Shown here one piece after another: positions 56,810 to 64,000 of a stretch of DNA of 64,000 bases. Under the pieces are notes generated by a model that saw only the letters and a list, made by a program, of their open reading frames with translations, had not been told where the DNA came from and made no database searches. Source of the stretch: Gemmatimonadales bacterium (GTDB lineage: Bacteria; Gemmatimonadota; Gemmatimonadetes; Gemmatimonadales; GWC2-71-9). Numbering within the stretch: the stretch's first letter is position 1; each line of letters starts with the position of its first letter. Location of the stretch: assembly GCA_038321865.1 (NCBI GenBank), contig JBBQFH010000005.1:1-64000 (forward strand). Direction: 5' to 3'. A program made the position numbers and the translations under genes.

Positions 56810-58888
56810 ATGATCTCCCACCCATTTCGCCTGCTCTGCACCGTTGCGCTCCTTGCCGCAGGCGGGCGCGACGCCGGCGCGCAGCGCGCCATGCCTCGCC
56901 TGCAGCAGCTCCAGCGCCTGCTCACGGCCGAGGACGCACGCGGCCTCGGCGCCGACAGTGTGCAGCCGCTGATCGAGGGCGCGGGCGACCGCGATCCCGT
57001 GATCCGTCGCGTCGCCGTCCGGGGCATCGGCCGCCTCCAGCGACCGGAGATGGTGCCCCGCCTGACCGTGGCGCTGTCCGACGCGGTGCCGGCAGTGCGA
57101 GCCGAAGCCGCCAATGCCATCGCGCAGTCGGTTCGGCATCTCCGCCGCGCACCTGCCGCTGACCCTGGATGGAGATTCGCCCTCGACGGCGAACGCGCCC
57201 TGCTTTCCGCGCTCGGGCGTGAGCGGAACGACCCGGCGGCCGATGCGATCGCTGAGGCGGTCGGCCGCCTCCCATTCGACAGCAGCCGCGCACGTGCCGC
57301 CGAGCGGATGATCCGGGAGCGGGCGGGGTCGTCGCCCGGCTACGGGGCGCTGCACGCGTTCTACACGCTCGCGCTCGCCCGGCGGCAGACCGGGAATCTG
57401 GAGCCGGAGAGCATCGGCCGGCTGAAGACTGCTTCTCGCAGCGCAGCGGATCCTCGGGCTCGCCGCATGGCCATGCTGACGCTCGGCGTCTCCTCGGCGC
57501 TGGACAGCGGCACCACCCTGGCCGGGACCCGGGACGCGGACGACCAGGTGCGCCGGCTCGCACTGACCGGCGTCGCCGCGCTGCCGGCGGCGGTTCGCAG
57601 CGACATCCTGGCACGCGCCCTCCGTGATACCAGCATCATCGTCAGAGCGGCCGCCGTCGCGCTGGCACGCGCACGCGGCACGCCGGCCGAGTGCGCCGGG
57701 CTGATCGCCGCCACCGGCGATGCACATCCCTATGTCGCGATGGTCGCACTCGACTCGCTTGGCCCTCCGTGCCCGACCGACAGCGTCCGCGCGACGCTCG
57801 CAGCAGTGCTCGACCAACCGCGCACGGGGCTCCCCGCACACGCATGGCAGGCCCCCGCGCATGCGCTGGTCTCACTGGCGCGCGCAGATGCCGGTGCCGC
57901 CGCACCGTTCATCGAGCGGTTCGCCGCTGCTCCGCGGTGGCAGGAACGGCTCTACGCCGCGCGGTCAGCGGCGATCACGCATTCGGTCCCGCTGCTCCTG
58001 CGCCTTGCCGCCGACTCCGACGACAATGTGCGCGAGGCGGCCGTGGCCGGGCTGATCCCCCTGCAGCAGCATGCCGCGGATAGCGTGTACATCACGGTAC
58101 TCGGCTCCGAGGGAAACCAAGCCGTGCTGATGGCCGCGCAGGCGCTGGCCGGCTCGACTCATCCGGCGGCGGTGCCTGCGCTGTTTGCGGCACTCGATCG
58201 GCTCAGTGCCCGACGGAGTGAGAACCCCCGTGACCCGCGCCTCATGATTCTCCGCCGTATCGGCGAGCTCGGCCGACCGGCGGACAGCCTGCGGCTGGCA
58301 CCCTACACCGCCGCTTTTGATACGACGGTCGCCGCGATGGCGGGGGTGCTGCTGACCAGGTGGACGGGACATGCCGTAGCGGCCCGGCCGGCCCGGCTCC
58401 CAATCAGCCCGGTGCCGCTGGCGGCCGTCTATGCCAGCCCGGACGTTCGGCTCCGTGTCACCTTGGCGAAGGCCAGCGGCGGCGGATCGTTCGTGGTGCG
58501 CCTGTTCACCGACGAGGCCCCCGCCACCGCGGCGCGCATCATCGGCCTGGCGCGGTCACACTATTACGACGGTGTCGTGCTGCACCGGGTCGAGCCCAAC
58601 TTCGTCTGGCAGGGTGGCGGGCCGGGCGCATCCGAGTACATCGGGAATCCGCGATTCATGCGGGACGAGCTGGCGTGGCGTTCGCACCTGCGGGGAACGC
58701 TGGGTATCTCGTCCCGCGGACGCGACACCGGTGACGCGCAGTGGTTCCTCAACCTGGCGGACAACCCGCTGCTCGATCACGAGTACACCGTCTTCGGCGA
58801 GATCGTGTCCGGCCGCGCCGCGGCCGAGCGGATCGTCGAGGGCGACACGATCGCGCGGGTGGACGTGCTCGGCGCACCCGCGCGATAA
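56810..58888 (+). CDS. HEAT-repeat protein with C-terminal cyclophilin-type peptidyl-prolyl isomerase
   Basis: Signal peptide, HEAT repeats, YYDGVVLHRVEPNFVWQGGG, GRDTGDAQWFLNL and LDHEYTVFG. Confidence 0.88.
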   Translation: MISHPFRLLCTVALLAAGGRDAGAQRAMPRLQQLQRLLTAEDARGLGADSVQPLIEGAGDRDPVIRRVAVRGIGRLQRPEMVPRLTVALSDAVPAVRAEAANAIAQSVRHLRRAPAADPGWRFALDGERALLSALGRERNDPAADAIAEAVGRLPFDSSRARAAERMIRERAGSSPGYGALHAFYTLALARRQTGNLEPESIGRLKTASRSAADPRARRMAMLTLGVSSALDSGTTLAGTRDADDQVRRLALTGVAALPAAVRSDILARALRDTSIIVRAAAVALARARGTPAECAGLIAATGDAHPYVAMVALDSLGPPCPTDSVRATLAAVLDQPRTGLPAHAWQAPAHALVSLARADAGAAAPFIERFAAAPRWQERLYAARSAAITHSVPLLLRLAADSDDNVREAAVAGLIPLQQHAADSVYITVLGSEGNQAVLMAAQALAGSTHPAAVPALFAALDRLSARRSENPRDPRLMILRRIGELGRPADSLRLAPYTAAFDTTVAAMAGVLLTRWTGHAVAARPARLPISPVPLAAVYASPDVRLRVTLAKASGGGSFVVRLFTDEAPATAARIIGLARSHYYDGVVLHRVEPNFVWQGGGPGASEYIGNPRFMRDELAWRSHLRGTLGISSRGRDTGDAQWFLNLADNPLLDHEYTVFGEIVSGRAAAERIVEGDTIARVDVLGAPAR

Positions 58889-58893
58889 TTCGC

Positions 58894-59442
58894 TCAGGTC
58901 GCCTTGCGGTGGTAGGTGACTTCGACCGTCGCGGGATTTCCGGCATCGTTGAGGATGTCGGAGTGTCCCACGAACTCGTCCGGACCCTTGCGAATGAAAC
59001 TGGTCGTTCGCGGCTGCGTGGACATCACGCCCTTCTCGAAGGGCGTGGCATTGGTGAAGATGTCGCGGTCGGCCAGGTGCGACGTGAGCCGCATGTTCTG
59101 CCTGAACACCGGCTCGTAGGCCTCGAGCTCGGCTGAGAAGTGCCGGAACCGCATCTGCACGCCGTCCGCGGCGTCCGTGATGGTCAGGAGCTCGACGACG
59201 AGCACCTTCCCCTGCTCATCCACCAGCCGCATGGTGCCGGTCATCAGCCCGGCCTTCGGCGTGCTGAAGCTGATGTCGGCGACGGCCGTCATCCCGGTCA
59301 TCCGGCCCTCCCAGGTACCGGTGAGCCAGCCGAAATCGGCGGTGGTCGCGCGCGCCGCGGGCATGACGCCCTGGGCGGCCGCCGCGGCCGCCATGAGCAT
59401 CAGCGCCAGCGCGCAGCCGAGGGATTTCGCAACAGACGGCAT
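58894..59442 (-). CDS. Secreted hypothetical protein (DUF6265-like)
   Basis: AAGGAG RBS, signal peptide, DFGWLTGTWEG and MRFRHF. Confidence 0.7.
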   Translation of the reverse strand: MPSVAKSLGCALALMLMAAAAAAQGVMPAARATTADFGWLTGTWEGRMTGMTAVADISFSTPKAGLMTGTMRLVDEQGKVLVVELLTITDAADGVQMRFRHFSAELEAYEPVFRQNMRLTSHLADRDIFTNATPFEKGVMSTQPRTTSFIRKGPDEFVGHSDILNDAGNPATVEVTYHRKAT

Positions 59443-59453
59443 GGAAAGCTCCT

Positions 59454-60047
59454 TCAGTGGGTGGGACCGCGATCGAGACTTCGGATGTATCGTTCCAGCT
59501 GGGCCACCGACGCGTCGAACAGCTCCACGCTCCGGTGGGTGCGCGCCTGCATCACGGCGCCTTCCATGACGGTGAGGACCAGCGTGGCCAGTCCCGCGCG
59601 GTCGGTGTCGGCCGGGAGGCGCTCGCCGGCCGCCTCGAAGCACTGCTGGATGGCGGCCCGCCACTGCTCAAAGTTTTGGGCGATCCTGTCGCGGGCCGCG
59701 GGTGAGCTCTCGCCGACCTCGAGCGCCAGGCTGCCGATCGGACAGGAATAGGTGCACCCGGAGCTCCGGACGCGTTCGCGGTAGTCCTCGAGCACGGCGA
59801 ATACGCGCTCGATCGGATCCTCCGTCCGGCCAAACGCCGGATTCATGACGATCGGCCACAGGCCGGCCAGGTAGGCATCCAGCACCGCGAGCAGCAACGC
59901 TTCCTTGCCGTTGAAGCAGTGATAGAGGCTGCCGCTGTTCGCATTGGCCGCCTCCAGCACCTGGCCGATGCTGGTCGCCTCGTAACCCTGACGATGGAAG
60001 AGCTCCATCGCGGCGAAAACGATCCGGTCCCGGGTGGGCGTCGCCAT
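59454..60047 (-). CDS. TetR/AcrR family transcriptional regulator
   Basis: TRDRIVFAAMELFHRQGYEATS...GSLYHCFNGKEAL and CPIGSLALE. Confidence 0.93.
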   Translation of the reverse strand: MATPTRDRIVFAAMELFHRQGYEATSIGQVLEAANANSGSLYHCFNGKEALLLAVLDAYLAGLWPIVMNPAFGRTEDPIERVFAVLEDYRERVRSSGCTYSCPIGSLALEVGESSPAARDRIAQNFEQWRAAIQQCFEAAGERLPADTDRAGLATLVLTVMEGAVMQARTHRSVELFDASVAQLERYIRSLDRGPTH

Positions 60048-60060
60048 GAACACTGCTCCC

Positions 60061-60080
60061 TTGGTTGAACGATCAATCAA
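60061..60080. promoter_or_regulatory. Palindromic TetR operator candidate
   Basis: TTGGTTGAACGATCAATCAA matches its reverse complement at 16/20 positions. It lies between the divergent TetR and ICL/PEPM genes. Confidence 0.6.
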
Positions 60081-60129
60081 GGTGGAGCAGCCCGCTGTTC
60101 CCCGCAAGGCCCCGGGCCGAGGAAAGGCC

Positions 60130-60978
60130 GTGAATCTTCAGCGCGATCGCACCGCCACCTTCCGGAAACTCCACCAGGCGGGCTGTTTCGTGATGCCCAA
60201 TCCCTGGGATGCAGGCAGCGCCCACCTCCTGGCGATGCTGGGCTTCCCCGCCCTCGCGACGACCAGCTCCGGCCTCGCCTGGTCGCAGGGTCGGCGCGAC
60301 AACGCCCTATCGCTCGAGGGGACGCTGGCCCACTTCCGCGCCCTGGCGCTCGCGGTCACGGTGCCGGTCAACGCAGATTTCGAAGGCGGTTTCGCGGTTG
60401 AGGCCGAAGGCGTCGGGCGAAACGTGGCGGCCGCGATGGGCACCGGCATCGCCGGCATCTCGATCGAGGACTCGACCGGCGATCCCTCGCGCCCGCTGTT
60501 CGAGTTCGCGGCGGCGGTGGAGCGGATCCGCGCCGCGCGCCGGGCCATTGACGCAGCCGGCAGCGGTGTGGTGCTCACGGGCCGCTCGGAGGGCTTCATC
60601 GTCGGCCGGCCTGATCTCGGGGAGACGATCCGCCGCCTGCAGGCCTTTGCGGAGGCCGGAGCGGAGTGTCTCTACGCGCCCGGCATCCGGCGCCGGGAGG
60701 ATATCGTTGCCGTGGTCGAGGCGGTGGCACCGAAGCCGGTGAACGTGCTGGTCGGGAGCGATTTCACTACGGTGGAGGAGCTCGCCGGACTGGGTGTCCG
60801 CCGGATCAGCGTGGGTGGAGCACTGGCACGCGTGGCGTGCGCCGGTTTCCTTCAGGCGGCGAGGGAGATCGCCGAGCTGGGGACGTTCACCGGGTTGGCC
60901 CGAGCGGTGTCGTTCGACGACCTCAACGGGGCGTTCCCTCCGAGCGACGTCGATCCAGCCCGGGGCCATTCCTCGTGA
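60130..60978 (+). CDS. Isocitrate lyase/PEP mutase family protein
   Basis: MPNPWDAGSA, ATTSSG, VNADFEGGF, SIEDS, YAPG, PVNVL and RISVGG. Confidence 0.9.
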   Translation: MNLQRDRTATFRKLHQAGCFVMPNPWDAGSAHLLAMLGFPALATTSSGLAWSQGRRDNALSLEGTLAHFRALALAVTVPVNADFEGGFAVEAEGVGRNVAAAMGTGIAGISIEDSTGDPSRPLFEFAAAVERIRAARRAIDAAGSGVVLTGRSEGFIVGRPDLGETIRRLQAFAEAGAECLYAPGIRRREDIVAVVEAVAPKPVNVLVGSDFTTVEELAGLGVRRISVGGALARVACAGFLQAAREIAELGTFTGLARAVSFDDLNGAFPPSDVDPARGHSS

Positions 60979-61044
60979 CGGTGGGACCCGTCATGCCTGT
61001 GCGATCTCCCATCCCGGATTCTCACGTTCAGCGGAGACACGACC

Positions 61045-61128
61045 ATGCGGTTCATGATGCTGGTAAAGGCCGACGATGCGAGCGAAGCCATGCAGGCCGA
61101 AAATGAATTCCGCAAGCGCAGCTCGTGA
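61045..61128 (+). pseudogene. Internally deleted YciI (DGPF) family gene remnant / 27-aa small ORF
   Basis: GGAG RBS, then MRFMMLVKADDASEAMQAENEFRKRSS*. The first 15 aa resemble the YciI N-terminus, but the DGPF core is missing. Confidence 0.55.
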
Positions 61129-61156
61129 TCCATCCACTCTCCGACGGCGGTCATTC

Positions 61157-63337
61157 GTGAAGCAGCACTTCCTCCTGGCGGCTGGACTGCTTGTCCCGCA
61201 CAGCCTCCCGGCCCAGTCGCCTCGTGCCGAGCTTCTCCGGTGGCAGCGCGAAGCGGCGCGCGTCACCATCGTCCGCGACGACCACGGAATTCCGCACCTC
61301 CACGGCCCGACCGACGCCGCCGCCGTCTTCGGCCTCATGTACGCGCAGGCCGAGGATGATTTCAACCGGGTGGAGACCAACTATCTCACCTCGATGGGCC
61401 GGCTGGCGGAGGCGGAAGGCCAATCCGCGGTCTACAGCGACCTCCGGATGAAACTGTTCATCGATCCCGACTCGATGAAGGCGATGTACGCGAGAAGCCC
61501 CGTCTGGCTGAGGAAGGTGATGAACGGATGGGCCGACGGCCTCAATTACTACCTTGCGACGCATCCCGCCGTGCATCCGAGGGTGCTCACGCGGTTCGAG
61601 CCCTGGATGGCGCTCACCTTCAGCGAGGGAAGCATCGGCGGGGACATCGAGCGGATAAGCCTGGCTCAGCTCGAGGCGTTCTACGGCCGGGAGACGCACG
61701 GCGAAGCGCCGCCCGAGCCCGAGCCGTCCGGTGACGGAGAGCCGCGCGGCTCCAACGGAATCGCGATCGCGCCGTCCAACACGCTGGCCCATCGCGCGCT
61801 GCTGCTCATCAACCCGCACACCTCGTTCTTCTTCCGGGCCGAAGTGCAGGTCACCAGCGACGAGGGACTCAACGCCTACGGTGCGGTGACCTGGGGCCAG
61901 TTCTTCGTCTACCAGGGCTTCAACGAACGTGCCGGGTGGATGCACACCAGCAGCGGCGTGGACAACATCGACGAGTATCGCGAGGTGGTGACGCGGCGGG
62001 GAGACCGTTTCACCTATCGGTATGGCGGCACGGAACGGCCGGTGAGCGCCCGCCGCGTCGTCGTGCCGTACCGCACGCCGAACGGCATGTCCCGGAAGGA
62101 GTTCACGGTGTTCCGGACGCATCACGGGCCGATCGTGCGTCAGGCCGGCGGGAAGTGGATCAGCGTGCGATTGATGCAGGAGCCGCTCAAGGCACTGACG
62201 CAGTCGTACGCGCGGACGAAGACCCACAGCTATCGTGAGTTCCGCGCCGTCATGGACCTGCATACCAACTCGTCCAACAACACGATCTTCGCCGATGCCG
62301 ACGGGAACATCGCGTACTTCCACGCCAACTTCATCCCTCGGCGCGATCCCCGTTTCGACTGGTCCAAACCGGTGGACGGCAGCGACACCGCCACCGAATG
62401 GCACGCGCCCTTCACGGTGGAGCAGAGCCCTCACCTGCTGAATCCCGCCGGCGGCTGGCTCTACAACAGCAACGACGCCCCCTGGACCGCGGCCGGCGCC
62501 GACAGCCCGCGGAAGGCGGGTTTTCCGGCGTACGTGGAGACCGGCGGGGAGTCCGCCCGGGGCCATCACGCGGTGATGGTGCTCGAGCACACCACGGATT
62601 TCACGCCGGCTTCGCTCAACGCCGCGGCGTACGACAGCTACCTGCCGGCGTTCGCCAGGCTGATTCCACCGCTGCTGCGGGGCTACGACTCCCTGCCATC
62701 AGGCGACCCGCTGAAGGACCGGCTTCGCGATCAGATCGCGACGCTCCGCACCTGGGACTACCGCTGGTCCGTCACATCGGTCCCGACCTCGCTTGCCGTC
62801 TTCTGGGGCGAGGAGCTGGGCCGCCGTGCCTCACCCGGCGCCCGAGCGGCCGGCGTCCCGCTGGACACTTACGCCGCCACTGCCGACATCGGTGGACTGA
62901 GGCTCCAGGCACTCATCGCGGCGTCGGACAAGCTCTCGGCCGACTTCGGCACCTGGCGCACGGCGTGGGGCGACATCAACCGCTTTCAGCGCCTGACCGG
63001 CGATATCGTGCAGCCGTTCAACGACGCGGGGCCAAGCATCCCGGTGGGGTTCACGTCGGCAGTCTGGGGCTCGCTCGCATCATTCGGCGCGAACCAGTAC
63101 CCCGGCACGAAGAAGCGGTACGGCACCAACGGCAACAGCTTCGTGGCGATCGTGGAATTCGGGAAGGACAGCGTGCGCGCGCGGGCGGTGACGGCCGGCG
63201 GTGAGAGCGGCGACCCGGCATCGCCGCATTTCAACGATCAGGCGGAGCGATACAGCACCGGCGACCTGCGTGCGGTCTACTACTACCCCTCCCAGCTGGC
63301 GGGGCACACCGAACGGACCTATCACCCCGGGCACTGA
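61157..63337 (+). CDS. Penicillin acylase family protein (Ntn hydrolase, S45)
   Basis: IVRDDHGIPHL, YAQAED, GSNGIAIAP (N-terminal Ser nucleophile), LINPH and GGESGDPASPHFNDQA. Confidence 0.93.
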   Translation: MKQHFLLAAGLLVPHSLPAQSPRAELLRWQREAARVTIVRDDHGIPHLHGPTDAAAVFGLMYAQAEDDFNRVETNYLTSMGRLAEAEGQSAVYSDLRMKLFIDPDSMKAMYARSPVWLRKVMNGWADGLNYYLATHPAVHPRVLTRFEPWMALTFSEGSIGGDIERISLAQLEAFYGRETHGEAPPEPEPSGDGEPRGSNGIAIAPSNTLAHRALLLINPHTSFFFRAEVQVTSDEGLNAYGAVTWGQFFVYQGFNERAGWMHTSSGVDNIDEYREVVTRRGDRFTYRYGGTERPVSARRVVVPYRTPNGMSRKEFTVFRTHHGPIVRQAGGKWISVRLMQEPLKALTQSYARTKTHSYREFRAVMDLHTNSSNNTIFADADGNIAYFHANFIPRRDPRFDWSKPVDGSDTATEWHAPFTVEQSPHLLNPAGGWLYNSNDAPWTAAGADSPRKAGFPAYVETGGESARGHHAVMVLEHTTDFTPASLNAAAYDSYLPAFARLIPPLLRGYDSLPSGDPLKDRLRDQIATLRTWDYRWSVTSVPTSLAVFWGEELGRRASPGARAAGVPLDTYAATADIGGLRLQALIAASDKLSADFGTWRTAWGDINRFQRLTGDIVQPFNDAGPSIPVGFTSAVWGSLASFGANQYPGTKKRYGTNGNSFVAIVEFGKDSVRARAVTAGGESGDPASPHFNDQAERYSTGDLRAVYYYPSQLAGHTERTYHPGH

Positions 63338-63362
63338 TCCGCCGGCGCCGCACCCGCGCGCA

Positions 63363-63392
63363 GAAATGGCCGCCATCGCTGGCGGCCATTTC
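63363..63392. terminator. Hairpin, probable bidirectional intrinsic terminator
   Basis: GAAATGGCCGCCA-TCGC-TGGCGGCCATTTC, a perfect 13-bp stem between convergent genes. Confidence 0.75.
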
Positions 63393-63417
63393 CGTTTCCG
63401 TCAGACGGGCGGCGAGA

Positions 63418-64000
63418 TCAGTTCGATCCGCTCGCCATTCCCCGCACCGTCGCCGCGAGCAGGCGGACACGGGCACCATCGCTGGCGCTGGCCGCGTCGC
63501 CATCGAGCTCGACGGCCAGAGCCGTCAGCGCGGTCTGCCGCCCGGCGCCGCTCATGTGATCCGCGGTGTTCAGCGCGCGGGAGATCGCCGAGAGGCGCGA
63601 GCCCGAGAGGCCCTTGCCGCGGGTCAGCTGGTCGAGGTACGCGCGAGCCACGACCGCCGTGTTGGGCCAGACGAACTTCGGCTGATCCTGCGGATTGAAG
63701 TAGGTGAGGTGCACCGACTTCGCCGCGTCGATTTCGTTCTGCGAGAGCAGCGGGCTCGGCGTAAGCTCGAGGATATCGAGCCCGCGCGCGATCTCGGAGC
63801 TCACGATCACGCCGTTATACCAGTAGGCCGACCAGGTACCGCCGGGGCCCTGCTTCGTCGAATCCGACGGACCGCGGTCGAAGAACGCGATTTCCTTCGG
63901 ATGCGCCGCGTCGGTCCAGTCGAACACCGATACGCCGCCCTGGTACCAGGACTGGGCCATGATGTCACGGCCGGGCACCGGAATCAGCGAGCCGTTGTGC
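63418..64000 (-). CDS. LVIVD-repeat-type secreted protein, C-terminal part (start beyond window)
   Basis: HNGSLIPVPGRDIMAQSWYQGGVSVFDWTD...EIAFFDRGP...WSAYWYNG...SEIARGLD; the frame is open to the window edge. Confidence 0.75.
   Translation of the reverse strand, partial: HNGSLIPVPGRDIMAQSWYQGGVSVFDWTDAAHPKEIAFFDRGPSDSTKQGPGGTWSAYWYNGVIVSSEIARGLDILELTPSPLLSQNEIDAAKSVHLTYFNPQDQPKFVWPNTAVVARAYLDQLTRGKGLSGSRLSAISRALNTADHMSGAGRQTALTALAVELDGDAASASDGARVRLLAATVRGMASGSN

Noticed and set aside
55699..57120. 956-aa ORF suggesting a large fusion to the DUF2867 SDR
   Set aside because: The upstream half is the antisense shadow of the DUF3011 and HEAT genes (VAVAVA mirrors the GN repeat). The real start is near 55698.

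Overview
A very GC-rich bacterial chromosomal segment with about 70 genes. I found no rRNA, tRNA, CRISPR array, transposase or phage gene. Gene style suggests Gemmatimonadota (inference). From 1.5 to 18.6 kb runs one tightly coupled + strand series: ndh, queG, cupin, VOC, an aerobic anthranilate (2-aminobenzoyl-CoA, abm-type) catabolic cluster extended by a thiolase, HADH and ECH, two hydrolases, and tryptophan 2,3-dioxygenase. A kynureninase-like PLP enzyme is transcribed divergently, and no KynB is visible. From 19 to 64 kb the window is an accessory mosaic of secreted and envelope proteins: two M1 peptidases, an M13 peptidase, HExxH proteins, a TonB-type barrel, a GH36-like Tat protein, a diheme cytochrome c-TPR, an SBP56-like propeller, DUF3011, a HEAT-cyclophilin and a penicillin acylase. 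The best candidate for an undescribed system is a two-gene minus-strand operon at 44722-46781. It pairs a heme oxygenase fused to a globin/phycobiliprotein-like domain with a CarH-type cobalamin-binding protein whose MerR HTH is replaced by a Cys/His zinc-ribbon. This looks like a self-supplying, split bilin + B12 light/redox sensor. All family calls come from motif recognition by eye; no database searches were run.
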